A stretch of 64,000 bases of DNA from contig JBIOIY010000007.1 of NCBI GenBank assembly GCA_044450345.1, positions 15,189 through 79,188 on the forward strand. The letters are read 5' to 3'. Under the pieces are notes generated by a model. That model saw only the letters and a program-made list of their open reading frames with translations. It was not told where the DNA came from and did not search any database. Positions within the stretch are counted from its first letter, which is position 1, and the number at the start of each line of letters is the position of its first letter. This document shows positions 1 to 10,525 of this stretch, piece by piece. Position numbers and translations under genes: made by a program. The stretch is from Thermodesulfovibrionales bacterium. GTDB lineage: Bacteria; Nitrospirota; Thermodesulfovibrionia; Thermodesulfovibrionales; UBA6898.

Positions 1-1
1 T

Positions 2-637
2 CAGTTTTCGTTTGAGGTGAAAAGGGAATCATCCGCTAAAATGGATGATATGCAAGTCTTCATCACTGACGAAGACCTTCATACCTTTGCCCACGTCAGG
101 CCTGTAATTAGCGGTGCCGGCAAGTATTCATTCAATTTCGCTGCGCCCGATGCTGGCAAATATCGTTTCGAGATGGTCTTCAGGACAGATGCGAGTTGGG
201 TAAATCTTCGGCAGGACATAAGGTTGAAAAAAGCCGCAGGTAAGGTGGAACCCGCTTTGAAGCCCGGTGATGAGGACTACGATGTTAAGGTAAAGCTTTA
301 TCCCAAGAAGATCTATGCGGATCACGTCGGTACCTTTCTTTACGAGATAAGCTACAAGGGTAAGCCTCTAAAGGATATCGAAAAGATAGACGGCTCCGAC
401 ATGCAGGTTGCTGCGTGGGATGAGGACCTTAAAGAATTTATTCATATGACGCCCAAGCAGAACCTCGGTGGTCCCGATGTTGCCGTCAGCGTCGTGTTTA
501 CGAGGCCGGGCAAACATGCTGTCTTTGCGGAGTTTAGACATAATGGTATAACGAGGAGGGTCGATTTCGTCGTCAATGTCTACAGGGAGCCGAGCCAGGA
601 CAAAGGATCTCTTCCCTATCTCGGACCCTCGGAGTGA
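2..637 (+). CDS. 5'-truncated metal-cluster-associated protein with an internally duplicated domain
   Basis: The frame is open to the window edge. Two similar segments, MQVFITDEDLHTFAHVRP and MQVAAWDEDLKEFIHMTP, are each followed by a GKY/GKH beta-rich stretch. Confidence 0.55.
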   Translation, partial: QFSFEVKRESSAKMDDMQVFITDEDLHTFAHVRPVISGAGKYSFNFAAPDAGKYRFEMVFRTDASWVNLRQDIRLKKAAGKVEPALKPGDEDYDVKVKLYPKKIYADHVGTFLYEISYKGKPLKDIEKIDGSDMQVAAWDEDLKEFIHMTPKQNLGGPDVAVSVVFTRPGKHAVFAEFRHNGITRRVDFVVNVYREPSQDKGSLPYLGPSE

Positions 638-737
638 ACGGGCGGTGTTGTTGATGTGGGCAGTAGGTAGTGATAAAGTTTTATTATCTCACGAAGGCTT
701 AGACACAGCGCTCTGATTTACCAAGGAGGTGGTCGGT

Positions 738-986
738 ATGCACTGGGGCGATTACGGTTGGGGTATGGGAAATGGCTGGGGGATGGGGTTCGGATGGCTA
801 CTTATGATTATTTTCTGGCTGTTGATAATATTTGGGGTCGTTTATCTCATCAAATTGATTGCTGGAGGAGGCAAGAAAGAACAGCTTGAGGAGGCGCCCC
901 TCGATATCCTGAAGAAACGCTACGCAAAGGGAGAAATATCAAGGGAAGAGTTTGAGAAGATAAGAGAGGATCTCACCAAGAGTTGA
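738..986 (+). CDS. Small membrane protein with C-terminal SHOCT domain
   Basis: AAGGAGG RBS at 723-729; GWGMG-rich N-terminus, one TM helix, and LDILKKRYAKGEISREEF (SHOCT-type motif). Confidence 0.8.
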   Translation: MHWGDYGWGMGNGWGMGFGWLLMIIFWLLIIFGVVYLIKLIAGGGKKEQLEEAPLDILKKRYAKGEISREEFEKIREDLTKS

Positions 987-1192
987 GGGTAGTCAGAAAG
1001 GCATTCCAACAATAATGAGAGACGTTCTCGATGTAGCAGAAAACGGCTTAACCTTTTAGAAATGGGCTACGCAAAGCAAATACATGCGGTAAAGGGTGGC
1101 TTATAATAAGAAGGGTAAGCCGCACCTTTGTCAGTGGTTCGACTGATGCGCATTGGGCCGGGAAAGACTACCCGGTCGCCGAGGGGTGAGAC

Positions 1193-2728
1193 ATGAAATT
1201 TGGAATCCTTGCAATCCTTCCTTTATTTATTCCTTCCACTGCATGGGCTTTTGTGCCGCACTCCTACGCAGAGACCTACATCCATCAGATGGGGCATATA
1301 TACTTCATCTTCTCATGCATATTCATTATATGGGTAATCAGGCATCATAATTTACAGGATAAAAGGGGCTGGCGATATATATTCCTCTCCGAAATATTTT
1401 TCATTCTTTGGAATATGGACGCTTTTGTCGGCCATCTAACAGAATTCTGGATCAAGCCTTCACAGATAACCGGTGGGAGTGCGGGCTGGGATTACTTCTT
1501 CAGACATGTTTCATTACAGGGCTGGGAATCCCTTTATTATGTGACGAGATACGATCATTTTTTGTGTATCCCCGCGATGTTCTTTTTTGTTCTGGGACTA
1601 AGAGAGCTTTTGGCGGAAGAGGAAAAAAGCCCGGTTGCCGCTGTCCTCTTGCCTTTGTTTCCCATCATGTTGGCCGACATGGCAGGCGGCCTTGTCATGA
1701 TCGTTTTATCACTGATGTGCCTTTATACCGCCGTAAAACTTTACAACACAAATAGAGAAAACACCCTCTGGAACTATCTGTTGTGGCTTTCGTTGGCACA
1801 TTTTGTCTTTTCCTTTTCGCGGTCAGCTGGTCATATCCTCCAGCGTGTTCTCATACCAACCGGTTACGGACACATTTGGAGGTATCTGGAGCCATATAGT
1901 GGAAGTCTGAATACCTTCACCTTTATCGTGATAGGCTCTGTGAGCCTGTTTTTCTTCAGGACGTATGAGACCTATCTGAAGATATCGGATGACAACAGAA
2001 AAATAGAGGGCATCAATGCGGATCTGACGGAACTTAACCAGGAGCTTGAGACGATGGTTGCAGAAAGGACGATGAGCCTCATGGCGTTGACTGTGGCCGA
2101 CAGGGTAAGAAACCCTGCCGCAGTGATTGGTTGGACGTGCAAAAAGATCCTTGAAAAGGAAGGGGACCCCGAGATAATTAAGGAAGGACTGAAAGATGTG
2201 CTCGATGAATCGAAAAAGCTGGAGTCCATAGTCAGAGACTTTGAGACGCTGTTGAAGAGCAAGCAGTCCATGTTCAGGTATGAGGATATAAATGAGATTG
2301 TAAGAGGGATTGTCCCTATTGTGGAAAAAGAGACCGAAGAGAGGGGCATAAGGTTCGATATTAATCTCTCTAACGATCCCCTGAAGATAAATACTCAAAA
2401 GAATTTGCTGAGGGCGGCAATTTTCCATCTTGTCAGAAATTCCATTGAGGCGACACCCCAGGGCGGCAGAGTAGCAGTTACAACCGCCGGAGACGGCGAC
2501 AAGGTCATCCTGACGGTTTCAGATACGGGTTCGGGCGTTCCAGAGGAGGACATCGATAAAATATTTGACCCATTTTACAGCACCAAGCGTCTCAGGTTCG
2601 GAATGGGGCTGCCATTGGTGAAACAGATAATATCGGAGCATCTTGGGGAGATAATAATTGAAACTGCCCCCGGAAAGGGCACGACGTTCAAGATACTGTT
2701 TCCGGTCAGATGGCTCGGGAAGAAGTGA
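1193..2728 (+). CDS. Multi-TM sensor histidine kinase-like protein; H-box His replaced by Asp
   Basis: Many TM segments and a coiled coil; H-box reads VADRVRNP; N box VRNSIEA, G1 DTGSG, F box IFDPFYSTK, G2 GMGL. Confidence 0.85.
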   Translation: MKFGILAILPLFIPSTAWAFVPHSYAETYIHQMGHIYFIFSCIFIIWVIRHHNLQDKRGWRYIFLSEIFFILWNMDAFVGHLTEFWIKPSQITGGSAGWDYFFRHVSLQGWESLYYVTRYDHFLCIPAMFFFVLGLRELLAEEEKSPVAAVLLPLFPIMLADMAGGLVMIVLSLMCLYTAVKLYNTNRENTLWNYLLWLSLAHFVFSFSRSAGHILQRVLIPTGYGHIWRYLEPYSGSLNTFTFIVIGSVSLFFFRTYETYLKISDDNRKIEGINADLTELNQELETMVAERTMSLMALTVADRVRNPAAVIGWTCKKILEKEGDPEIIKEGLKDVLDESKKLESIVRDFETLLKSKQSMFRYEDINEIVRGIVPIVEKETEERGIRFDINLSNDPLKINTQKNLLRAAIFHLVRNSIEATPQGGRVAVTTAGDGDKVILTVSDTGSGVPEEDIDKIFDPFYSTKRLRFGMGLPLVKQIISEHLGEIIIETAPGKGTTFKILFPVRWLGKK

Positions 2729-2740
2729 CATCCATTTACT

Positions 2741-3793
2741 TCAGAGGTCGATTTCATCAGGATCACATACGGCCCATACAAAAAAATGAGGTCCCCTCTT
2801 ATGTCCAACGCCTATGGCGCCTTTGGTGAGATACAAGGCCCATGCCCAGTCTGGCTCGAACATGCTGGTTGTAGATGACCAGTAGGATTCCTGTATGCAC
2901 TCGAAGGGATGTCCGGATGGCAATGCAGGACTGTGCATTCCGCAATCCACGAGCGATTCGAGTTCATTGATATTGGGTAGTCGCCATCCGACCTTCCCTG
3001 TCGCCCTTTGATTAAGCTGGGCCACCTCCTTGAGCGCATCAAGCCAGGTAACGGGGCCACCGGCAAGGTCTGCGCGCTTTGCCCAGCAGAGTGCCGTCAG
3101 ACGGTCAATAACGACATCGTCTATGACTTCAAAGCGGGGTTCAGGCCAGGGACGTCCGAAACGGAATTCGCCGTCCTGTCCCGAACCTTCACAGTGAATA
3201 CATCGTCCGTTAGAATCATAACATTGCGTCTGTCCTGTGGCAGGCAGGATAGAGTGCCCTCCGGCTCTGACCGGCCAAAGCAGAGAGAACTGCTCCTTGT
3301 TTCCGTAAAACATGCGGGCGCCTTCCATATGGACATACCAGGCGTACGCAGGATTGATCACCGAAGTTGTGGATGTCCAGTACCACCCGATAAAGATATT
3401 GGTAAAAGGGTGGCCTTTGGGCAGTGCCGGTTTATTCGTCTGATGACTCACGAGACTTCGCAGTTCGCGACGGTTGGGGAGACGCCAGTCCGAATAGCCG
3501 AATGCCTTTTCTTGATTCATGCCTGAAATGTAATCCAAAGCCTCCTGCCAGGTCAAAGGGAATTCAGCAGGGTTTGCGTTTCGCGTCCATATCAGTCCCG
3601 TGAGGCGATCCAGAACGACTCCTTCAAGTTGCTTAAAGCGCGGCGCAGGCCATGCGATGCCCCTTTTAAATTCCGCATCCTGCCCGCTGCCCCGGCAGGG
3701 AATCTCGTCGCCTTCCGTGTCGTGACAAGTTATCTGACCCGTCTGGAGATAACAACTTGCTCTAATTTCCTGATTATGACTTTCCATATTCAA
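2741..3793 (-). CDS. Tandem DUF1566 (Lcl C-terminal-like) domain protein
   Basis: Two repeats of TGQ..C.D..G....GSGQD.EF..G..WP.PRF ... DRLT.L.W ... WRLPN..EL.SLV ... YW(T/S)STTS. Confidence 0.8.
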   Translation of the reverse strand: MNMESHNQEIRASCYLQTGQITCHDTEGDEIPCRGSGQDAEFKRGIAWPAPRFKQLEGVVLDRLTGLIWTRNANPAEFPLTWQEALDYISGMNQEKAFGYSDWRLPNRRELRSLVSHQTNKPALPKGHPFTNIFIGWYWTSTTSVINPAYAWYVHMEGARMFYGNKEQFSLLWPVRAGGHSILPATGQTQCYDSNGRCIHCEGSGQDGEFRFGRPWPEPRFEVIDDVVIDRLTALCWAKRADLAGGPVTWLDALKEVAQLNQRATGKVGWRLPNINELESLVDCGMHSPALPSGHPFECIQESYWSSTTSMFEPDWAWALYLTKGAIGVGHKRGPHFFVWAVCDPDEIDL

Positions 3794-4133
3794 GAAAACC
3801 GCGACTTTACGGTTACACTTTCCCTTCCCGTTAAAATAATTTATTTTATCACCAACAGATGACTGGAAGAACCAGCCAGCGAGACTTTGGGGATCTCGAT
3901 GGTGCCGAGCGGATTGACACTCCTGAAAAAAGAGGGATGATTAAGATAGCAACAAAAGTCCTCCCTATTGGGAAAGAGAAGAACTTGAGGCAGAGGAGGT
4001 GACAACAATTGCATTGTGACCTTGGACGGGCTGGGTTGTTGGCAGCCGTCCCGAATCCAGGGAAAAATTGGTGAGATTTTCTAAAGTAAAATCATGCTTT
4101 AGTAGAGAATGTCACCCGCAAAGAGGAGGTTCA

Positions 4134-4538
4134 ATGATGAGAAAAGTATTCTTGATTGGATGCATCATGGTTCTGGCACTATCGGCTTCCTACAGCTTTG
4201 CCCAGATGGGAGACCAGCAGAAGGAAGGAATGGGCTCGTCGGAAATGAAGGGCGGCCAAATGATGAGCCGCGATATGATGGTAAACATGACGGATATGAT
4301 GAAGCAGATGAACGAGATGATGGAGAGGCTGTCTCATCCCATGCACCATATGACTGTAACAGACCATAAACAAATGTATGACTTGGGCAAAGTTATGCGT
4401 AAGATGGCGGCTGAAATGAACGAGATGGCTGCACACATGGAAAAGGGCGAGATGGACGCGGCAACAGTCAAAAAGATGCAGAAAAGAATGAAGGCCATCA
4501 ACCAGGAGGTAGAAGTCTTGAAGAAGGAAAACAAGTGA
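4134..4538 (+). CDS. Secreted Met-rich helical protein, putative Cu/Ag-binding
   Basis: GAGGAGG RBS before ATG 4134; signal peptide ending SFA-QMG; Met/His-rich body. Confidence 0.7.
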   Translation: MMRKVFLIGCIMVLALSASYSFAQMGDQQKEGMGSSEMKGGQMMSRDMMVNMTDMMKQMNEMMERLSHPMHHMTVTDHKQMYDLGKVMRKMAAEMNEMAAHMEKGEMDAATVKKMQKRMKAINQEVEVLKKENK

Positions 4539-4823
4539 GAGTAGACGACGCGTGAATGATGAACGAACTATTCATTAAGCGTTGTCCACTGCCGTCTTCA
4601 AAAAGAAAAACCTTGAAAGCAAAGCACCGGACGAGCGAATGCGCGCCCGCAATATTTCTTTATTTGAGAAAGCGCTTGCAGTTGCACTCTGCTGTGATAG
4701 ACTGATAGCAATAGCAGAACTTGCTTAATCCTTTCGGAATTCTTGCTGCGGGGCTCCGCAACACCTTTTCTTGCACTTTCTGCGAATACGCTGAAACTGT
4801 CCGCGATAATTGAAGTGATGCTT

Positions 4824-6314
4824 ATGAGAACGATGCTCAATAGATATCGCAGCGCGGCAGCGTTCATTTTTCTGTTTGTAGGCGCCTCTACCCTTTGTTC
4901 GAAAGCTGAAGCTTTCGGGGATGGTTATATTGGAGCTGAAAAATGTGCCGTTTGCCACAGGGGAGAATATGATGGCTGGCAGAAATCCGGCCATGCCCTC
5001 ATCCTTCGCAAGCCGATAGATTCAACAGCCAGTGGAATTCCCCTTCCTTCAGGTTTCGGGCGGAATGATATTTCATATGTAATCGGCGGACACAGATGGA
5101 AGGCGCTTTTCGTTGATAAAAACGGATATCTGATAACCTCCAACATCTCCGGCAAAGGAAAAAATCAATATAACCTAAAAAGTAGGAAGTGGGCAGATTA
5201 TCTTCCTGGTCAAAAGACTCCGTATGACTGCGGCGGCTGTCACACGACAGGCTATTCGCCTGATGGTCATCAGAATGGGCTCGAAGGCATTGTAGGCACG
5301 TGGCAGCTTGAGGGAGTTCAGTGCGAGGGATGTCATGGGCCGGGCTCCGCCCACGCGGAATCGACGAAAAAATCGGACATTAAGATCATCAAAGCTGTTT
5401 GTGCCGGGTGTCATGGGATAAAACCATTCGATTCAATCCGACTGAAGGGTGTCTTCATCGAACCATACACGGAAGCAAATCAGCTTTCGAAGAGCGGGAT
5501 GAAAAATCTTTCGTGCACCGATTGCCACAATCCTCATCTCGATGCTGGAAAGTCCATAAAGCAAAGCTGCGAATCATGCCACCGGAAAGCCTCTGAGAGA
5601 TATCGGGGAAGCTATATGTTTCAAAAGGGTGTTGTTTGCACGGATTGTCACATGCCTCCCGCTGGCATAGTCGCCACAGGGGATCCAAAGCTATTTCGCG
5701 GAGATCTGAAAAGCCATATCTTCGTGATCGACCATCGCAAGGACTTTCCGTCCATGACCGTAAACGGGGAGACTGTGAATCCAGGGTACTTGAGTGTCGA
5801 TTACGCCTGCACGCCCTGTCACAACATTTTCGAAAACAGACAGTGGGCTGTCAGTTTCGGGGCTGTATCGCACAGGATAAAGATAACTACAAACATCAAA
5901 ATTATGCGTCTTCAGTTGTCACTGGCCCTGCTCGGCTTTCTTTCTTCCCTTGTGGCCCTCGGTTCCGCCCTCTCCCTCAAGCAATGGATTCTTCCTTCTC
6001 TCAACAAAAAAAGAATGCTTAGCATCCATAAGCATGCGGCCTGGATCACTTTTGCGCTCTACGTCTTCATTTCCATTATGTGCATCTACTTCCATTTCCC
6101 GCTTAACGCTCCCCAAAAGGCCCTCGCGATGGGCTGGTTTTTGATTCATCCGATAAACGGAGCGCTCGGGGTCATAATCTATAGTGGAAAGATCGTAGCA
6201 GTCAGAAAATTCAAAAAGGGTTGGGCTACGCCGGGTCTCACTTGGGGGATAGGACTTTCGGTGTTCTGGCTTTTACAGTACGCTACAGCCGTATTTTCCT
6301 ATTTTGGGAGGTGA
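4824..6314 (+). CDS. Octaheme c-type cytochrome with C-terminal ~4-TM membrane domain
   Basis: Eight CxxCH motifs (CAVCH, CGGCH, CEGCH, CAGCH, CTDCH, CESCH, CTDCH, CTPCH), a signal peptide and a hydrophobic C-terminus. Start uncertain (4818-4833). Confidence 0.85.
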   Translation: MRTMLNRYRSAAAFIFLFVGASTLCSKAEAFGDGYIGAEKCAVCHRGEYDGWQKSGHALILRKPIDSTASGIPLPSGFGRNDISYVIGGHRWKALFVDKNGYLITSNISGKGKNQYNLKSRKWADYLPGQKTPYDCGGCHTTGYSPDGHQNGLEGIVGTWQLEGVQCEGCHGPGSAHAESTKKSDIKIIKAVCAGCHGIKPFDSIRLKGVFIEPYTEANQLSKSGMKNLSCTDCHNPHLDAGKSIKQSCESCHRKASERYRGSYMFQKGVVCTDCHMPPAGIVATGDPKLFRGDLKSHIFVIDHRKDFPSMTVNGETVNPGYLSVDYACTPCHNIFENRQWAVSFGAVSHRIKITTNIKIMRLQLSLALLGFLSSLVALGSALSLKQWILPSLNKKRMLSIHKHAAWITFALYVFISIMCIYFHFPLNAPQKALAMGWFLIHPINGALGVIIYSGKIVAVRKFKKGWATPGLTWGIGLSVFWLLQYATAVFSYFGR

Positions 6315-6366
6315 CTTCATATTCCCTTCATATGAAAGGATAATTATAAGCGAAAGGAGAAATGCT

Positions 6367-6570
6367 ATGGACTGGTTACGCGAGAATTGGTTTTTCGTCG
6401 TGATCTGGCTCCTCTTTATCGGCATGCACCTCTTCGGCCACGGTATGCACGGAGGCGGCTGCGGAGGACACGACGGTCACAATAGAGAGAAAGAAGGCGG
6501 TGAACATGGAGAGCACGGTGAGCACTCGCAGGACACGAAGGAGCAGAAAGGAGGCCACGGATGTTGCTAA
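6367..6570 (+). CDS. Small His/Gly-rich membrane protein (DUF2933-like)
   Basis: AAAGGAGA RBS; MDWLRENWFF..MHLFGHGMHGGGCGGH..GGHGCC. Confidence 0.7.
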   Translation: MDWLRENWFFVVIWLLFIGMHLFGHGMHGGGCGGHDGHNREKEGGEHGEHGEHSQDTKEQKGGHGCC

Positions 6571-6824
6571 ATACAAAAATAGTAAGCTGGTCTTTGGGCA
6601 TATTCTTCGCGATATCTTTCATGCTGTGTGTCCTTTATGGGCTTGTCGTCCCCCCCAAGCTCCACGGCATGTCTGCATTTCTTGAGGCTGTCCTTCCGGC
6701 TTTTAAGTGGATAACATTCGGAGGATTCATTCTCGGCCTTATCGAGAGCTTTCTTTACGGAGTTTATATCGGCATTGTGTTTGTGCCGATATATAACTTC
6801 ATTAACAAAAGATGGGGAGCATGA
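6561..6824 (+). CDS. Small membrane protein (DUF5676-like)
   Basis: Hydrophobic; LPAFKWITFGGFILGLIESFLYG motif typical of copper-cluster small proteins. Confidence 0.65.
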   Translation: MLLNTKIVSWSLGIFFAISFMLCVLYGLVVPPKLHGMSAFLEAVLPAFKWITFGGFILGLIESFLYGVYIGIVFVPIYNFINKRWGA

Positions 6825-6913
6825 GGGGAAAATAAGATGCACGGCGAAGACATAACCTATGCCTATGGCTTCTGGAGCCTTATTCGCGGGGAAGGCCGAC
6901 GCGAGGAGGGAAA

Positions 6914-7630
6914 TTGACAGAAACCTATGTATGGTTTGTATGGTCGCTCGGTCTTCTTTTAATCTGGCTTGCTGTCTTAACCTTCTACCGCACGGCGCGA
7001 CGGAGAATGCTTTGGGCGAGTTTTCTTACCATGCTATTCGGTTTTTCTGAGCCTCTTTTTGTTCCCGAATACTGGAACCCGCCGTCGCTGTTCGACCTGG
7101 CCCGCCGAACAGGCTTCGATATCGAAAGCCTTATCTTCTGCTTTGCCATAGGTGGGCTTTGCCTGGTTTTGTACGACCTCATCTTCAAGGTGGAACATGA
7201 AAAAACGACCTGGACCGAGCGTCATAACCGGCATCACCGCTTCCATTTCTGGACGCTCATATCTCCCTTTATCGTCTTCCCGCTTCTCCATTTCTTTACG
7301 CACTTTAACCCGATATACGATTCAAGCATCTCAATGTTCCTGGGCGGTCTCGCAGCGTTATGGTGCAGGCCGGACCTAAAGACGAAAATCTGGGTAAGCG
7401 GCGTCATTTTCACGCTTTTCTACTTTGTGTATTTTCTTCCGTTAGTGCTATTCATTCCGGGGTTTGTCGAGCGTGTCTGGAGGCTCTCTGCCATTTCGGG
7501 AATCCTGATTGCCGGAATACCGTTAGAGGAGCTGATGTTTGCTTTCACCTTCGGGATGCTATGGTCCAGCTATTATGAGCATCTCACATGGCACAAGATA
7601 AAGGGCCAGTCGCATGGTATTAGGAATTGA
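6914..7630 (+). CDS. Lycopene-cyclase-domain-like integral membrane protein
   Basis: GAGGAGG RBS with TTG start; EPLFVPEYWNPP..DIESLIF and GIPLEELMFAF motifs; multiple TM helices. Confidence 0.65.
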   Translation: MTETYVWFVWSLGLLLIWLAVLTFYRTARRRMLWASFLTMLFGFSEPLFVPEYWNPPSLFDLARRTGFDIESLIFCFAIGGLCLVLYDLIFKVEHEKTTWTERHNRHHRFHFWTLISPFIVFPLLHFFTHFNPIYDSSISMFLGGLAALWCRPDLKTKIWVSGVIFTLFYFVYFLPLVLFIPGFVERVWRLSAISGILIAGIPLEELMFAFTFGMLWSSYYEHLTWHKIKGQSHGIRN

Positions 7631-7797
7631 GGCCCTGTAAGCCGGCTGATATGCCGCCTCTATCGCCGCTTGGCAAAGCGGGAGAAAGGTGAGATGATTA
7701 ATTATTCGGAAAGAATACATGTGCACGTATTGAAAGAACTCGGATGTTTTATATCCAAGTGTCAGGCAAAGGAATTTTTAGAAAAAGGAGGAAGGAA

Positions 7798-8226
7798 ATG
7801 AAAAGATTAGGGATCGCTTTGGCAATCTTGCTTGCTTTTAGTTTTTCGGCAAACGCGGAGATGGGCATGATGGGAGATCAAAAAGGATCGATGAAGCAAC
7901 AGGGAATGATGGACGAGGGGATGACGCCCATGATGAAGCAGATGATGGGTCAGGGCATGATGATGAAGGATATGATGCAGATGATGATGGACATGATGAA
8001 GATGCAGAAAAAGATGATGAAAGGTATGGGGCCTGCTGAGAAAAAAGAGATGATGATGGATCTGGATAAAATGATGTCTCAAGTGGACACGATGATGTCT
8101 GATATGAGGCTCATGATGATGCAAAAATGTATGGACACTTCGGGTGGGGAGTCCAAAAAAGAAGAGCAAAAAAAAGAAACGCCAGGAAAAGAACCCGCAC
8201 CCGAGGGCCATCAGCATAAACGTTAA
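7798..8226 (+). CDS. Secreted extremely Met-rich protein (38 Met of 142 aa)
   Basis: AGGAGG RBS; signal peptide ending ANA-EMG; MM/MMM runs; C-terminal HQH. Confidence 0.8.
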   Translation: MKRLGIALAILLAFSFSANAEMGMMGDQKGSMKQQGMMDEGMTPMMKQMMGQGMMMKDMMQMMMDMMKMQKKMMKGMGPAEKKEMMMDLDKMMSQVDTMMSDMRLMMMQKCMDTSGGESKKEEQKKETPGKEPAPEGHQHKR

Positions 8227-8266
8227 ACCAGGGAAATATATGGAATAGTCAGAGAAGATAACTACC

Positions 8267-10507
8267 TTGAAAGAAAAAGAAGTCACCTACACCTGCCCGA
8301 TGCATCCTGAGATAAGGCAGCCGGGGCCTGGCACCTGTCCAAAATGCGGCATGGCACTGGAGCCGGTGCAACCGTCAATTCCGGCCGTCAAGACAGAATG
8401 GACCTGTCCGATGCATCCTGAAATTGTCCGCGACGCTCCGGGCAGTTGTCCTATCTGCGGCATGGCGCTGGAACCTAAAATGATCACTGCCGGAGAAGAG
8501 GAAAACCCCGAACTGCTCGATATGACGCGGCGGTTCAAGGTAAGCGTCATACTAACGATCCCCTTGGTCTTAATTGCCATGCGCCACTATATTCCGGGTC
8601 TCTCAATAATCGACCGCGTTATTCCCACCGGCGTCATGAAATGGATGGAATTGGTTCTTGCCACACCTGTGGTACTTTGGGGGGCATGGCCGTTCTTTGT
8701 CAGGGGTTGGCGGTCGGTCGTCACCTGGAATCCGAACATGTTTACCCTCATCGGGCTGGGCGTCGGCGTCGCATACGTTTACAGTCTTGTCGCGGCGCTT
8801 TTCCCCGGGCTCTTCCCGGCGTCGTTTCGTGGTGAAAGCGGTGAAGTGGGCATGTATTTCGAGGCTGCTGCTGTTATCGTTACGCTTGTGCTGGTCGGCC
8901 AAGTGATGGAATTGAGGGCGAGGACACGGACCGGCGCAGCGATTAAGGCCCTTCTCGGCCTTGCGCCAAAAACAGCCCGCCGCATACGGAACGGAAATGA
9001 AGAGGATGTTCCCCTTGAGCAGATCCAGGCGGGTGATCTTCTCCGTGTAAGACCGGGCGAAAAGATCCCGGTTGACGGCGCGGTCACTGAAGGATCAAGC
9101 AGCGTAGATGAATCAATGATTTCCGGTGAGTCGATCCCGGTGATGAAGCAGTCGGGGGACAGTGTCATCGGCGCAACAGTGAATGGTACCGGTACAATGA
9201 TAATGAAGGCAGAAAAGGTCGGGGCCGAAACACTTCTGGCGCAGATAGTAAATATGGTGGCTGAAGCCCAGCGTAGCCGTGCGCCGATCCAGAAGCTTGC
9301 CGACACCGTGGCGGGATATTTTGTCCAGATCGTCGTCAGTATCGCTGTTATTACATTTGTCGCATGGGCCTGGCTGGGGCCTGAGCCCCGTATGGCCTAT
9401 GCCCTTGTCAACGCAGTTGCAGTGCTGATCATCGCCTGCCCATGTGCGCTTGGTCTGGCAACTCCTATGTCGATCATGGTTGCGATGGGCAAGGGGGCAA
9501 CAGGCGGCGTGCTTTTTAAGAACGCAGAGGCTATCGAGGTGATGAAGACCGTCGATACCCTTGTTACGGATAAAACCGGCACGCTCACCGAAGGAAAGCC
9601 GAAACTGGTGAGCGTGGTCCCCGCAGCCGGAGTCGATGAGAAGACGCTTCTTCATTTTGCCGCGAGCATCGAGATGGGAAGCGAGCACCCCCTTGCAGCA
9701 GCGATCGTCGCCGGAGCAAAAGAAAAGGATATCTCACCTTCAAAGGTTGATTCCTTTGAATCGCTCACCGGACGCGGGGTAACGGGTCTGATTGACGGAA
9801 GAAAGGTCGCCCTTGGAAACCGGAAGCTTATTGAAGAGCTCGGCATAGCGCCGGGAGAACTTCCGGACAAGGCAGAGTCCATGCGCACGGAGGGACAGAC
9901 AGTCATGTTTGTTGCCTTAGACGGAAAGGCTGCGGGGCTCCTTGGTGTGGCAGACCCGATCAAGGCGACGACAGCCGAGGCGATAGAGAAACTTCATCAG
10001 GAAGGGATAAGAGTCGTTATGCTCACGGGAGACAACAAGACCACTGCCGAGGCTGTCGGAAAGAAACTCGGCATCGATGAGGTGATCGCCGAGGTCCTGC
10101 CGGACCAGAAAGCAGAGATGGTCAAACGATTGCAGGGGGAGGGAAAAATTGTGGCAATGGCAGGAGATGGCATCAATGACGCGCCGGCCCTAGCACAGGC
10201 ACACGTCGGTGTAGCAATGGGGACCGGGACGGACGTGGCGATGCAGAGCGCTGGGGTGACCCTGGTGAAAGGCGATCTTCGCGGGATCGTACGGGCGAGA
10301 AGGTTAAGCAGAGCTACGATGCGCAATATTAAACAAAACCTCTTCTGGGCCTTTGCTTACAACGCTCTTGGTGTTCCTATCGCGGCAGGCGTACTTTATC
10401 CCTTTGTGGGCATCCTCCTCAGCCCCATATTTGCAGCTGCGGCAATGAGCTTCAGTTCGGTTTCCGTGGTGGGAAACGCGTTGAGGCTGAGAAGGGTTAA
10501 GCTGTAA
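8267..10507 (+). CDS. copA: Cu(I)/Ag(I)-translocating P1B-1 ATPase
   Basis: Two TCPMHP..CP.CGM metal-binding domains; SGES, CPC, DKTGT, SEHP, GDGIND, YN and MSFSS motifs. Confidence 0.93.
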   Translation: MKEKEVTYTCPMHPEIRQPGPGTCPKCGMALEPVQPSIPAVKTEWTCPMHPEIVRDAPGSCPICGMALEPKMITAGEEENPELLDMTRRFKVSVILTIPLVLIAMRHYIPGLSIIDRVIPTGVMKWMELVLATPVVLWGAWPFFVRGWRSVVTWNPNMFTLIGLGVGVAYVYSLVAALFPGLFPASFRGESGEVGMYFEAAAVIVTLVLVGQVMELRARTRTGAAIKALLGLAPKTARRIRNGNEEDVPLEQIQAGDLLRVRPGEKIPVDGAVTEGSSSVDESMISGESIPVMKQSGDSVIGATVNGTGTMIMKAEKVGAETLLAQIVNMVAEAQRSRAPIQKLADTVAGYFVQIVVSIAVITFVAWAWLGPEPRMAYALVNAVAVLIIACPCALGLATPMSIMVAMGKGATGGVLFKNAEAIEVMKTVDTLVTDKTGTLTEGKPKLVSVVPAAGVDEKTLLHFAASIEMGSEHPLAAAIVAGAKEKDISPSKVDSFESLTGRGVTGLIDGRKVALGNRKLIEELGIAPGELPDKAESMRTEGQTVMFVALDGKAAGLLGVADPIKATTAEAIEKLHQEGIRVVMLTGDNKTTAEAVGKKLGIDEVIAEVLPDQKAEMVKRLQGEGKIVAMAGDGINDAPALAQAHVGVAMGTGTDVAMQSAGVTLVKGDLRGIVRARRLSRATMRNIKQNLFWAFAYNALGVPIAAGVLYPFVGILLSPIFAAAAMSFSSVSVVGNALRLRRVKL

Positions 10508-10525
10508 TCGTTCGTTTGACGGCAC

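Noticed and set aside
1057..1105. Possible rhodanese remnant (LEMGYAKQIHAVKGG)
   Set aside because: Too short, with stops nearby; cannot be supported by eye.
6914..7630. Carotenoid biosynthesis gene
   Set aside because: No other crt genes are present, and it is embedded in a copper cluster.
7807..8286. His-rich minus-strand ORF
   Set aside because: It is the antisense shadow of the ATG repeats in the Met-rich gene.
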